The notes beneath the pieces are model-generated. The model saw only the letters and a list, made by a program, of their open reading frames with translations, did no database searches and was not told where the DNA came from. DNA of 64,000 nt. Source: an uncultured Phycisphaerales bacterium. Lineage in GTDB: Bacteria; Planctomycetota; Phycisphaerae; Sedimentisphaerales; Anaerobacaceae. Position numbers and translations under genes: made by a program. Location: assembly GCA_963772725.1 (NCBI GenBank), contig CAVYYI010000002.1, forward strand, positions 416,001 to 480,000, written 5' to 3'. Below are positions 28,848-39,328 of the stretch, one piece after another; within the stretch, counting starts at the first letter, position 1; each line of letters opens with the position of its first letter.

Positions 28848-30080
28848 TTAGAGTTTTAGGCGGAGCATATTCAAAGCAGTCAGGGCGGCACGAAATCTTA
28901 TAAAGTCTCTATCGTGTGAAAAAACAAAGCAAGCGGTTTGGCAACCTTTTTGCGAATCTGAAGAAATATATACCAGTCCGACGGGTTTTTGTTCGTTACC
29001 GCCGCCGGGACCGGCGATTCCGGTTATTGCGAGCGAGAAATCAGCAGAGGCTTTTTTTCGGGCATTTTGCGCCATGGCCTGGGCAACCTGTTCGCTTACA
29101 GCGCCGTATTGCTCTACCAGGTGCGGGGGTACGTGGAGTTCATGTATTTTGGCCTGGTTGCTGTATGTAACCCAGCCTTGGAGGAAATATTCGCTGGCGC
29201 CAGGAATATCGGTTATCAGCTTTGCCAGCAAGCCTCCAGTGCAGGATTCCGCTACGACAAGAGTCTTGTGCTGGGCAGCGAGTTTTTGGCCGACGACCTC
29301 TGCAAGGGTCTGGTCATCTGTGCCATAGATAAGGTCTCCGAGTATATCGCGGAGGGTTTTTTCGTCTTTTTCAGCCATTTGCAGGGCGGAGTTATGGGTC
29401 TTTGCGGTTGCGATGATATGAAGGGTTACAATGCCGTATTGTACGGTACAGTTGATTAATGGATTCCTGTCGCGATGCATAAGGGAACCGAGCGATTCGG
29501 CGATAGTTGATTCACCAGCTCCGAAGCATTTCAATTTTTTGATAACCACCGCCTGACCGGCAGTGAGTTCTTTGAGTCTGGGCAAAACAGTTTCACAGAA
29601 CATGGCTTTCATTTCGGAGGGGACGCCCGGCATAGAGGCAAATATTTTATCTTTTGTTTCCGCGATAACGCCCGGCGCGGTTCCGAGATTGTTGGAGATA
29701 GGTTTTGCGCCGGCGGGGATACACGCTTGAATTCTGTTCATTTCGGGCATTTTGATGTTTCTGTCAGCGAAAATTTTTTGTATTTTTTCAAGCAGTTCAT
29801 TTTGCAGAACCAATTCCACGTTAAGGAATTTCGCGAGGGCATGACGAGTCAAATCATCATCGGTAGGCCCCAGCCCCCCTGTTACAAGAACGATATCGGC
29901 ATCGATGGAAGCATGATTAAACGTTTTTACAATTTTTTCAATATCATCACCGATGACATAAACGCTGACGACGGGTATGGAGGCGGATAAAAGTTCGCGG
30001 CTAAGCCAGGCGGCGTTGGTATCCACGGTCTGGCCGCTGATGATTTCATTACCTATACTGATGATGGAAGCTTTTTTCAT
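28848..30080 (-). CDS. cinA: CinA competence/damage-inducible protein (MocF + PncC NMN deamidase)
   Basis: GNEI, TGGLGPTDDD, PGVP, AESCTGG, GAVS, TGIAGPGG. Confidence 0.95.
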   Translation of the reverse strand: MKKASIISIGNEIISGQTVDTNAAWLSRELLSASIPVVSVYVIGDDIEKIVKTFNHASIDADIVLVTGGLGPTDDDLTRHALAKFLNVELVLQNELLEKIQKIFADRNIKMPEMNRIQACIPAGAKPISNNLGTAPGVIAETKDKIFASMPGVPSEMKAMFCETVLPRLKELTAGQAVVIKKLKCFGAGESTIAESLGSLMHRDRNPLINCTVQYGIVTLHIIATAKTHNSALQMAEKDEKTLRDILGDLIYGTDDQTLAEVVGQKLAAQHKTLVVAESCTGGLLAKLITDIPGASEYFLQGWVTYSNQAKIHELHVPPHLVEQYGAVSEQVAQAMAQNARKKASADFSLAITGIAGPGGGNEQKPVGLVYISSDSQKGCQTACFVFSHDRDFIRFRAALTALNMLRLKL

Positions 30081-30084
30081 AGGT

Positions 30085-31119
30085 TTAAAACTCTATAAGG
30101 GCTTTGACGACGCCGTCGCGATATTGAGCGACCAAATCAAAAGCCTGGCGGGTTTGGTCAAAACTAAATCTGTGGGTTATCATAAAGTCGGCACGGATTT
30201 TTCCGGAGGCCAGCAAATCAATACACTTTTGCGTGCAATGGTTTTGCCTTCGCACGTTTACGATGGTAATTTCTTTTCTCCGGGTTTTATCAATGATAAA
30301 TGAGATTCGTTCCTCTCGCGGGATACCTATAAGCATAAGTTTACCGCCGGGTTTGAGCAGTTCGATGGCCTGGTCAATGGCGTCCTGCTGGCCGGCACAT
30401 TCAAAAACAGCATCCATACCGCCGGACTGACGGCTGATAATCTCTTTTACTATATCCTGTTTATTCGGGTTTACCGACCAGACGGCGCCGCCATTTAGGG
30501 CGATTTCAACACGGGCATCAATTTTATCCGTAACATAACAGGAATTTATGCCTTGCGATTTTGCGGCGAGCAGGCAGCTTAAACCGATGGGGCCTGCGAC
30601 TAAAACAGCAACGGCTGCATCAGGGGGCAAATTGGCCTGTTTGACAGTGTAAACACCTATCGCGAGAGGCTCACATAAAACGCCCTGTTCGAGAGTAATT
30701 TTGTTACCGACAGGCAGACAGCACTGTTCGGGCATAACGAGGTATTCGCACAGGCAGCCTGCAATTTGGCCCGGGCAGCCGAGAAATTTCAGGTTTCTGC
30801 AGGTATTTTCCCTGTGCTGGCGGCACTGGTCGCAATTATTGCAGGAAATTGCAGGCTCAACAACAACGCGGTCGCCGACCTTTACGATTTTGACGGCCGG
30901 GCCGACAGATTTAACTGTCGCGGCGCATTCGTGTCCGACAATGAACGGATATTTTACGACCTGCGAACCGATTTTTCCGGTTTCATAATAATGCACATCG
31001 GAGCCGCACACACCGACTTTTTCGATTTTCAGCAGAACATCGTTATCATTTTTTATGTTCGGTTCAGGCAAATTGCGGATTTCCATCTGCCTGATGCCTG
31101 TCAGCAAAGCCGCTTTCAT
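30085..31119 (-). CDS. Zn-dependent medium-chain (sorbitol/threonine-type) dehydrogenase
   Basis: GVCGSD, GHE, CxxCxxC-x7-C, EPLA. Confidence 0.92.
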   Translation of the reverse strand: MKAALLTGIRQMEIRNLPEPNIKNDNDVLLKIEKVGVCGSDVHYYETGKIGSQVVKYPFIVGHECAATVKSVGPAVKIVKVGDRVVVEPAISCNNCDQCRQHRENTCRNLKFLGCPGQIAGCLCEYLVMPEQCCLPVGNKITLEQGVLCEPLAIGVYTVKQANLPPDAAVAVLVAGPIGLSCLLAAKSQGINSCYVTDKIDARVEIALNGGAVWSVNPNKQDIVKEIISRQSGGMDAVFECAGQQDAIDQAIELLKPGGKLMLIGIPREERISFIIDKTRRKEITIVNVRRQNHCTQKCIDLLASGKIRADFMITHRFSFDQTRQAFDLVAQYRDGVVKALIEF

Positions 31120-31283
31120 AGCGTTTCTCCGTAAATATATAATTTTTCAAGCAGTTAGAGTAAATCCATTGGTTTATTATGTCAACCAGTAAAACCCCTG
31201 TAGAGTTGTCTGTCGCGTAAAAAAAAATTAATATTTTGAAAAATTTTCCTTGAAATAACAGGTTTTTATGTTACACTATTATT

Positions 31284-31560
31284 GATGTGTGTCGCAGTTG
31301 GTTTTAACGCGAATATCGCTTCGCGGGAGGAGTTGGACAAACACTCCAAATAATTCTTAGATAAAACTGAACTTTTCCGCGACAGGGGACGTAAGATTTT
31401 CGTAATGATAACGATACAACGGGCTGGGGTTCATACTCCTCTTCCTCCCTCCCAACCTCAGCCCAATTTTTAAAATAGAAAGCTCTATTGGAGCTTTTAA
31501 GAACTTGAGCTGAGGCCTAATACCTCCTTCCTTCCTCCTCCTGGCCTCAGCTCTTTTTTT
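31284..31560 (+). ncRNA. Candidate sRNA(s) with two CU-rich-loop hairpins
   Basis: Promoter TTGAAA-16-TACACT (extended TG) at 31250-31277. Hairpins at 31421-31464 and 31507-31553 have 11-bp stems, CCTCC-rich loops and T-tracts. Confidence 0.5.
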
Positions 31561-31723
31561 GTTTCCAGCGGGAACAAGCCTGTAAAAAAAAGGGAATTTT
31601 CCTGCCAATCATCAATTTTGGACATCTCTTCTGCAGCCCCCTCAGATAATTGCTCTGGAAAATGGATGTTGTGAAGTGAGCCGGGAAATTATAAAATACA
31701 TTTTTTTCAGGAAAGGATACTGT

Positions 31724-31831
31724 ATGGGCAAAAGTCGTGATACCAAAAAAGATGTAAAGAAGAAGGCACAAAAAACATTAAAAGAGAAACGACAGGAAAA
31801 GAGATTAAAAAGAGCGGGCGGAACCATATAA
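31724..31831 (+). CDS. 35-aa basic small protein
   Basis: MGKSRDTKKDVKKKAQKTLKEKRQEKRLKRAGGTI*, with AAAGGA RBS. Confidence 0.7.
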   Translation: MGKSRDTKKDVKKKAQKTLKEKRQEKRLKRAGGTI

Positions 31832-31872
31832 ACAGCATGAGATGATGCGTTTATGGTCTAAGGAATTCGGGA

Positions 31873-32760
31873 TTATAATAAGGCGGTACTGAAGTAGCGT
31901 TCGGCGCGGTCGGGGAGGACGGTTGTGATGCTGCCGTTAATTTTTGTGGAGAGTTTTCTGGCAGCCCAGATGTTTGCGCCGGAGCTGATGCCGACGAGCA
32001 GGCCGTAATCTCTACCTAACTGCCTTGTGGTTTTGATGGCGTCATCGTCGCTTACTTCAACAACCTCATCGACAAGGGAGACATCGAGTACGGCGGGAAT
32101 AAAACCATCGCCGATACCCTGAATCTGATGCAGGCCAGGCTCGTGACCGAGCAAAGCTGAGACGTTTTTAGGTTCGACGGCAACAATTTTTATTTTGGGG
32201 TTTTGCTCTTTTAAAAACTTTCCGACGCCCTGAAGTGTTCCTCCGCTGCCAACACCAGCGACAAAGCAGGCTATGTCGCCGCTAGATTGGCGCCACAATT
32301 CGCGTGCGGTCTGTTCGTAATGGATTTTGGGATTGGCGGGATTTTCAAACTGCTGAGGCACGAAAACCTTCGGGTCATCTTCGGCCATTTGTTCGACCAG
32401 TTTAACGGCGCCGGCTATACCCTGCTCATCCGGAGTAAGTACTAATTCGGCGCCGAGGGCTTTGATGAGCTTTTTACGCTCCTCGCTCATTCCGGCGGGC
32501 ATAACAATCCGCACCTTGTACCCCATCAAACGGCCGACAAGAGCCAGTCCAATTCCGGTATTTCCGCTGGTTGGCTCAACAATAATAGTATCAGAATTAA
32601 GCTTTTTATCGCGTTTCGCGGCCTCGAGCATGGCCAAAGCGACCCTGTCCTTGATACTGCCGCCAGGATTGAGGAATTCGGCCTTGGCAAAGATTTTTTC
32701 ACCTTTAAGCTTTATCAAAGGCGTATTGCCGATAAGTTCAAGAATATTATCAGTCAGCAT
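31873..32760 (-). CDS. cysK: Cysteine synthase A
   Basis: IGNTPL, NPGGSIKDR, PTSGNTG, GSGGT, QGIG, GISSG. Confidence 0.96.
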   Translation of the reverse strand: MLTDNILELIGNTPLIKLKGEKIFAKAEFLNPGGSIKDRVALAMLEAAKRDKKLNSDTIIVEPTSGNTGIGLALVGRLMGYKVRIVMPAGMSEERKKLIKALGAELVLTPDEQGIAGAVKLVEQMAEDDPKVFVPQQFENPANPKIHYEQTARELWRQSSGDIACFVAGVGSGGTLQGVGKFLKEQNPKIKIVAVEPKNVSALLGHEPGLHQIQGIGDGFIPAVLDVSLVDEVVEVSDDDAIKTTRQLGRDYGLLVGISSGANIWAARKLSTKINGSITTVLPDRAERYFSTALL

Positions 32761-32904
32761 AATAATCCTTTGTTTTTTATGAACCTTACTTGTAAAAACG
32801 CGACAATTTTGTGATTTTACTGCCGCCAAGCGAAATATACAAGTAAATGCCAAACTTTTTGATTATAAAGTCTTTTCTTTTTATTATTTTATTGTATAAT
32901 GATT

Positions 32905-33030
32905 AAAGAAATACTATGAACATAATTTCATAGTGGCTTGTATTAAATAATGAACAAGCTGGGCGTATCACACGCTCAGTTCGGAGCCGGGTAGTTCGCA
33001 CCTCCCTCCGCAACCCGGCTCCATTTTTTT
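32905..33030 (+). ncRNA. Candidate multi-hairpin sRNA ending in a CCTCCCTCC-loop terminator
   Basis: TATAAT at 32895, four consecutive hairpins, the last being GGAGCCGGGT...ACCCGGCTCC plus a T-tract. Confidence 0.5.
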
Positions 33031-34169
33031 TATAGCATATCAATAACAATTTGCGCTGTCTTTTCAGATGCGCTGCCCTGCGCTAACGGTTTTACCAATT
33101 GAATAAGCTCACGGCTGGTTTGAGTAAGCTTATTCCTGTCCTCCAAAAGCCGTTCTATGGAATTTGCTACAGGTTCAATCGACTCGAAGTACGGCATAAA
33201 TTCAGGGACTAATTCTTTCCCCGCAAGAATATTTACAAGCGAAAGGTAACTGGTATTTATAATATGGCGACCGATGAGGTTCCAGAGGGTTTTACTGGAC
33301 TGATACATTACGACCATCGGGCAGCCCGCGGATGCGACCTGCAGCGTGGCGCTGCCGCTGGCGACAATGGTAAAATCCGAATTACGCGCGGTTTCCAAAA
33401 CGGAGTTAATAGAATAGCCGCTTCTAAAACCGACAGTTTGAGTTGATTTAAGGAGCCGCTTTTTTTCCTCATCAACCGCAACAGTTACAAAGGAGGCGCC
33501 AGGATATTTTCGCTTTATCCGGTTCGCGATTTCCTGCATTGGCTTCCACAGCGATTCGATTTCGGCGATTCGGGAGCCTGGCATCATCGCAATTTTGACA
33601 TTTTTAGGCTCAAAATTACCATAATTTTTTGTATAATCGGAAATTCTCCCGCCAGCTTCATCGAGCAGCGGATTACCTACAAAAACAGCCTCAACGCCTC
33701 TTTGTGAAAACCAGTCCTGCTCAAATGGCAGAATACAGCAGAGTTTGTCGCAGGATTTTTTGAGTTTTTTGATTCGCCAGGGCGCCCATGCCCATAGCTG
33801 GGGAGCAACATAGAACAGAGTTTTGATGCCGGCTTTTTTTGCGGCTTTGGCAACATGAAAATTAAAAGCCGGCGAATCGCAGAGAATAACCAAATCAATT
33901 TTATTTTTTTTAAAATAGCGTTTTACTCGGTATATCAGTATGCAAAAACGGAGTATGTGGCTGAAAGCTTTATAAATCATAACAGCTTTTGCGACGGTGT
34001 TTTCGAGAAGCTCACAGCCCGCCTTTGCCATGGCGTCACCACCCAGGCCGGCAAATTTCATCTCGTAACCACTTTTGTTCAAAGCAGTTATAAGATTGGC
34101 GCAATGAATATCCGCGCTGGGTTCAGCGGCACTTATAAAAATGCGATAAATTTTTCCTGCTTCGGCCAT
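33030..34169 (-). CDS. lpxB: Lipid-A-disaccharide synthase
   Basis: AAEPSAD, DSPAFN, YVAPQLWAW, LPFE, FVGNP, PGSR, SGSATL. Confidence 0.95.
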   Translation of the reverse strand: MAEAGKIYRIFISAAEPSADIHCANLITALNKSGYEMKFAGLGGDAMAKAGCELLENTVAKAVMIYKAFSHILRFCILIYRVKRYFKKNKIDLVILCDSPAFNFHVAKAAKKAGIKTLFYVAPQLWAWAPWRIKKLKKSCDKLCCILPFEQDWFSQRGVEAVFVGNPLLDEAGGRISDYTKNYGNFEPKNVKIAMMPGSRIAEIESLWKPMQEIANRIKRKYPGASFVTVAVDEEKKRLLKSTQTVGFRSGYSINSVLETARNSDFTIVASGSATLQVASAGCPMVVMYQSSKTLWNLIGRHIINTSYLSLVNILAGKELVPEFMPYFESIEPVANSIERLLEDRNKLTQTSRELIQLVKPLAQGSASEKTAQIVIDML

Positions 34170-34417
34170 AGAAAATAAGAAACCCTGATTATCAAACCAT
34201 TAAAAAAGGTATTATCCGCATTTTTGTGGTGTTTAACAAGAATTTCTTTGGTGACTCAAGTGGAAAAAATACGCAATCCGCTAAACCTCAAATTGATTTT
34301 GTTTTTTTCAGCAGATGCCCAATTTAAGTATTGACGAATCCTGTATATAATTTTACACTAATACCCAATAAGAAAGAAGGTGTGTCAGTTTACTCCTGTT
34401 TAGTTATTTTTTAAATT

Positions 34418-35567
34418 ATGAAAAAAATACCAACTGTTATATTGCAGATTCCGACAGCTTCAGGATATACCAGGGGCATTCTTCAGGGCATTGCCAAATA
34501 TGCCGCTATTCATGGCCCATGGAATTTCTATGCGGAACCCGGGGGGTGGAATGAACTGTCCCTTAAGGATTATAAAGACGCTGACGGTATTATCAGCCAT
34601 ACCCGCGGAAGGTGCATAATTAAACACGTAGCGGAACTGAATCTGCCGACTATTTTTATCGCCACTGAAGTAAAAGGCTATAATGTCGTCACCCTCTAAT
34701 TCCGAGACGGCAGGCAAACTCGCCGCTGAATATTACCTCGATAAGGGTTTTAAAGAATTCGCGTACTGCGGCGTTGACCAAAAGGGCTTTTACTGGTCGC
34801 AAATACGAAGTAAGGCCTTTTACGAAAGACTTACAGAGGCGGGCTTTCAGGCACATGTTTATAAACAGCCGAATCTGAAAATGGAGCTTTCGGAAAAGAT
34901 AGAGAAAATGTTTATCGCCGACTGGCTGAAATCTCTTCCCATACCAGTGGGATTGATGGCGTGTAATGATAACCGCGGCAGGCAAGTGCTTGAGGCGTGC
35001 AGAGTCGCAGGTTTAAGAGTACCAGAAGATGTTGCCATCCTCGGCGTCGATAACGACGAAGTTATTTGCACATTATGTTATCCGGCACTTTCAAGCGTAA
35101 ATTTTAATACTGAAAAAGCGGGATATGATACCGCCGAAATGCTTGATAAAATGATAGCCGGCAAAAAAATAAATCCCAGCAGGATAGTCGTTGAACCCAC
35201 GCATATTGTAAGCCGTCAATCCACGGACACTCTTGCCATGGCGGATGAGGAAGTTGCCAAGGCATTGCGTTACATACGCGAAAACGTTCAGCACAAAATT
35301 CTTATTGATGAGGTAGTAAACGCCACCACAACTTCACGACGTCAGCTGCAGGAGCGATTCCAGAAAATCATCGGGCATTCGATTCTCGATGAAATCAAAC
35401 GCGCCCACGCCGACCATATTGCACACATGTTAAGAGAAACAAACATGTCGCTGTCACGGATTGCCAGTACCTTGGGCTTTAGCAGCATATATAACCTCTC
35501 ACGGTTTTTCAGGCAGGAAAAAGGTGTCAACGCTTCAACGTATCGCAAGAAATTCGGCAAGGTATAA
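34418..35567 (+). CDS. XylR-type regulator (periplasmic-binding-protein domain + AraC HTH), frameshift near 34690
   Basis: GIAKY...HGPW, PVGLMACND, ILGVDND, RQSTD, AraC tail. Confidence 0.9.
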
Positions 35568-35640
35568 CATGTTGCGGCCTTTAGCCGCTAAAAAATACGA
35601 AGCACTAAACAAGTAAACCAGTTTTACAGGGAACAGGCAA

Positions 35641-36414
35641 ATGAAAAAACATTATATACTGTTGCTTGGCATCGCGGTTTTTTGTATTACAGGATGCCAA
35701 AATTTTGAAAAGGATACTGTTACTCAGGTTTCGACAATAGACGCGCTTCTGGCTGGATTTTATGACGGGCAGATAACGCTGAGAAATCTGAAATCCTACG
35801 GCGACTGCGGGCTTGGAACTTTCGACGGTCTTGACGGTGAGATGGTTCTGCTTGATGGCACAGTATATCAGATTAAATCGGATGGCAGAGTTTATTTCCC
35901 GCGGTCTGACCAAACGGTGCCGTTTGCGACAGTGGTAAATTTTCAAAAAGATTTGACGATACAGCTGTCGGACAAAACTGATCTTTCGGAACTCGAAGAG
36001 GAGGTGAATAAAAAAATCGCCAATCCAAATATTTTCTGCGCTATCAGGCTGAAGGGAAAATTTTCAAAGATGAAAACTCGAAGCGTTTTTGCACAGCATA
36101 AGCCGTATCCTCCTATGACTGAGGTAACGAAAAATCAGCCGGTTTTCGAAATGAGCGATATTTCCGGCACAATCGTCGGCTTCCGGATGCCTGCGTATAT
36201 GAAAGGGATAAATTTTAACGGACTGCACCTTCATTTTCTCTCCGAAGATAGAAAATCAGGCGGACACATATTATCCTTTGAAATGGAACAGGGAACCGCT
36301 GGGCTTGATATTGCAAACCGCTTTCTAATGCTGCTGCCCAATGACCAGGGCGATTTCAGCAAACTTGACCTAAGCCGGGACAGAACCGCCGAATTAAATA
36401 AGGCGGAAAAATAA
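35641..36414 (+). CDS. budA: Alpha-acetolactate decarboxylase with lipoprotein-type signal
   Basis: QVSTIDALLAGFYDG, GLGTF, GEM, RSV, HLHFL, GGH; N-terminal ITGC lipobox. Confidence 0.92.
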   Translation: MKKHYILLLGIAVFCITGCQNFEKDTVTQVSTIDALLAGFYDGQITLRNLKSYGDCGLGTFDGLDGEMVLLDGTVYQIKSDGRVYFPRSDQTVPFATVVNFQKDLTIQLSDKTDLSELEEEVNKKIANPNIFCAIRLKGKFSKMKTRSVFAQHKPYPPMTEVTKNQPVFEMSDISGTIVGFRMPAYMKGINFNGLHLHFLSEDRKSGGHILSFEMEQGTAGLDIANRFLMLLPNDQGDFSKLDLSRDRTAELNKAEK

Positions 36415-36437
36415 AAGTGTTTGGATGGGGGGATTTA

Positions 36438-37608
36438 ATGGCAATGTTATCTATATTTGACACAAGGGTAAAAAAAAACGCGGCAGTTTTGCTGCTGATA
36501 GTCGTTGTGAATCCGGCACAGCAGTGTCTCTATGCCAAACAGGATATTGTAATCGATGGTGTGTGCGAAGCCGCCCTTGATTTGCCGCGAATTTATTTTC
36601 TGCTAAAACACAACAAAAACAGCCCGGTGATATGCGGGCCGGACGGATTTACCCCTGCTTACGCGTTTCTCGATACGGGGGCTTCGGGCATATTGCTTTC
36701 ACGTGAAACCGCTGAGCAGTTACATATAAATATTGACCCCAAAGCCGCCTTTGCCGATATAGGCGTCGGCGGCGAAGAATATTTCAATGTGTCCGAACCC
36801 TTGTACATCGGCCTTGCATCCTACGAAACAATCGAGCCTAATAACCAGAAAGCGTATAAAATGCTTGGGCCTGCGAGATTTCAGGTTAAGAAAACTTATG
36901 CCGGCCTGCTAAGCGAACCCATGGACGTTGTCGGTACGCCGGTTATGGCCGGTCGGGTCGCAGTGCTGAATTGCGGCGCCACAAATTCGCTTGAATATTT
37001 TGCCGCTGATATTAAAAATCCAGGCGACCCAGCTATTCCAAAGGTTGATTTTGAAGTGGCGATTAGATTTGAAAGATTTTGTTGACCCGCGCAGTCCCCA
37101 GCATATTCCGCCTCTGCCCTCCCTTGCCCGCAATCCGGTAATAGATAAAATCAATGTAAGTTACAAAGGCAAAACATCGGTCGGCACCTGGCTTTTCGAT
37201 ACAGGGGCATCTATCAGTTTTATTTCTACCCCGCAGGCGAAAAAGCTGGGGCTTATGGATAAAGACGGCAGAGTCCTGGTTAAACAGGATTTTTCTCTTC
37301 CGATGGGCGGTGTGGGCCAAATGACTATGATTGCCGGTTTTCAGGTCGATTCGATAGCGATACAGACCGTCTCCGGCAACAAGCTGATTTTCAGGAATGT
37401 CCGAATCGGGGTCCATGATATTAAATATTCTGACCCGAACAGCGGCAAAAACGTTATCCTCGACGGTGTGCTGGGCAGCAACTTTTTATGTTCATCGGCT
37501 AAAATGGAAGGCATTTTACCCGGGGAAGTGAACAAAACTCCGTTCGATAAAGTAGTAGTGGATATGCAAAAAGGCCGGTTAGGGTTTAAAATGAGAGATG
37601 ATTATTAA
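36438..37608 (+). CDS. Two-domain retropepsin-like aspartyl protease (frameshift near 37070)
   Basis: FLDTGAS and LFDTGAS catalytic motifs; DGVLG. Confidence 0.75.
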
Positions 37609-37636
37609 GATTCATTAGCTAAATGTCATTTTATCT

Positions 37637-39164
37637 GACTCTGTAGCATCTTTACCGGCAACATACCATTCCAGTCCTCTCATTATGAAGCATTGTTATA
37701 GTTTGTAAACGGCCTTGGGACTGCTCGTCACGCTGCATATCAATGGCCACACGCTGGCTAATATGGTCTTGAGTTCGCACTCTATAGACACTCTTTTGCA
37801 TCTTTCGATGACGACGATAACCTCGTTCAACCGCGTTGGATGTCGATGGCAGTTGTGAATCATCGAGAAAGGTCAACGCCTTTTCAATATTCGGCGTAAA
37901 TAGTTTCTTAAGAGTTTGACCCAACGTTTTGAATCGTCGAACATGGCGGCGCAAGACAGCCAACCTTTCCAAGGCTGTTTCCGTGCGGCAACGGCGATCA
38001 AAGAGTCTGTAGACCTGATCCATGATCGAACGTAAATTTTTCAGATTGTGGCATTTTCGCGTTATACGTGAGAATATCTTCTTGTCTGCCTTACTGAGCG
38101 AATGCTGCACAAACAAGTGTCGATGCTCAAACAAATCGGCAATCTCATCGGTCTGTTTTTTCTTTCGAGATGCCGCTTTTCTCGCGGTCGAGGACGATGG
38201 ACGGCCGCGTTGCAGCTTGGGCAGCTTCTTTTTGAGTTCTCGTCGCACCCGCGTAACAGCTTTGAGTATTTCTCTATTGATCTCCTTGAGAACATGAAAT
38301 TCACATACCTGGTGGGCAACACCGGGGAATATCAGAGCCAGCGGCTCCGGGTATAACGGCGAGCCATCGGTCGTAACACCAAGCAGTGTCAGACCTCTTT
38401 GATCCAGTTCCGTACGGAACCGACGAAAGAAGTTTATCATATCTTCATGGGTGGGATTATGGTCAAGAACATCGTAAATGAGCCGTTTGAACGTGCGGTT
38501 ATCCACGATGGACAATACACAGAACGGCCCATCATATAATTCATCCGCCGCGATATAACCGGAGAAATCAGTCAGAACACCATCAAGGTATTCAGCAGTA
38601 ATTCGTTTCTCAGCTTTTTCCCCCCGTCGCTTCAACCCAGTTTTGAATTGTAGCCCAGGGGACGAAAACCCGATGATCTCGCCATAAGTGCCAGGATGCC
38701 GGCCGATATGGCAGGCCGTCTTCCACAACCAATCGCACTGCCAGGTGAACAACCCGGCGGGTATAGTGGCAGCCGGGATCCGCAAGGTCGCACAGGTCGG
38801 CATTGAAGTACTTCTTGCATTTTGAACAGCAGTGCTGTGAATAACTGACCCAAAGGTCGATTGGACGGTTGCCAGCCAAGTCTCCGAGGTCATGCAGTTT
38901 TCGTCTGAATATTTTGTCCCGATAGGATGGGTGGCCGCAATAGGGGCACGGACGCTTTTTGTATGTGCGTGAAAGTCGTTTGATTTTAGCTTTGGGTAAA
39001 TCTTTAACACACGTAATACCTTCCGTTACATCCGATACATATTCACCTGGCCCAGCCATAATCGTGTCTCCTGAAAAATTCAGTTTATTTCTGTTCTTCC
39101 AGGAGTTTTATCGGCTAAGACACCAAGATTTCCTTAAATATACCGGTATTTATGCTACAGTCAC
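37637..39164 (-). mobile_element. DDE insertion sequence, 1528 bp, probably Mutator-like (IS256/ISH6-related); family uncertain
   Basis: 8-bp target duplication TTTTATCT (37629-37636 and 39165-39172); imperfect IRs sharing CTGTAGCAT-nnn-TACCGG. Confidence 0.85.
37652..39059 (-). CDS. Transposase OrfA (Zn finger + HTH) / OrfB (DDE) joined by a -1 frameshift
   Basis: CPYC...CSKC, minus-strand GGGGGGAAAAAG slippery run at about 38613-38625, ADELY, TTDG, HQVCEFH, TSNAVER. Confidence 0.85.
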
Positions 39165-39328
39165 TTTTATCTGCTTATTTTACTGGTATTTATCTCCAAA
39201 CCCCATGCTGTTAGGTTTATAAAAAATCCGTGCCGGGTGAGCAATTTAAATCTTGACGTATAGCTCTATTTATGAAACAATGCAATTTTTAATTATATTA
39301 ATGTTTTTACCCAAGAAAGGATAAAAAA

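Noticed and set aside
37652..39010. 452-aa single-ORF transposase
   Set aside because: Its first ~130 aa are the off-frame reading of OrfA; the real product most likely joins OrfA to OrfB at the slippery site.
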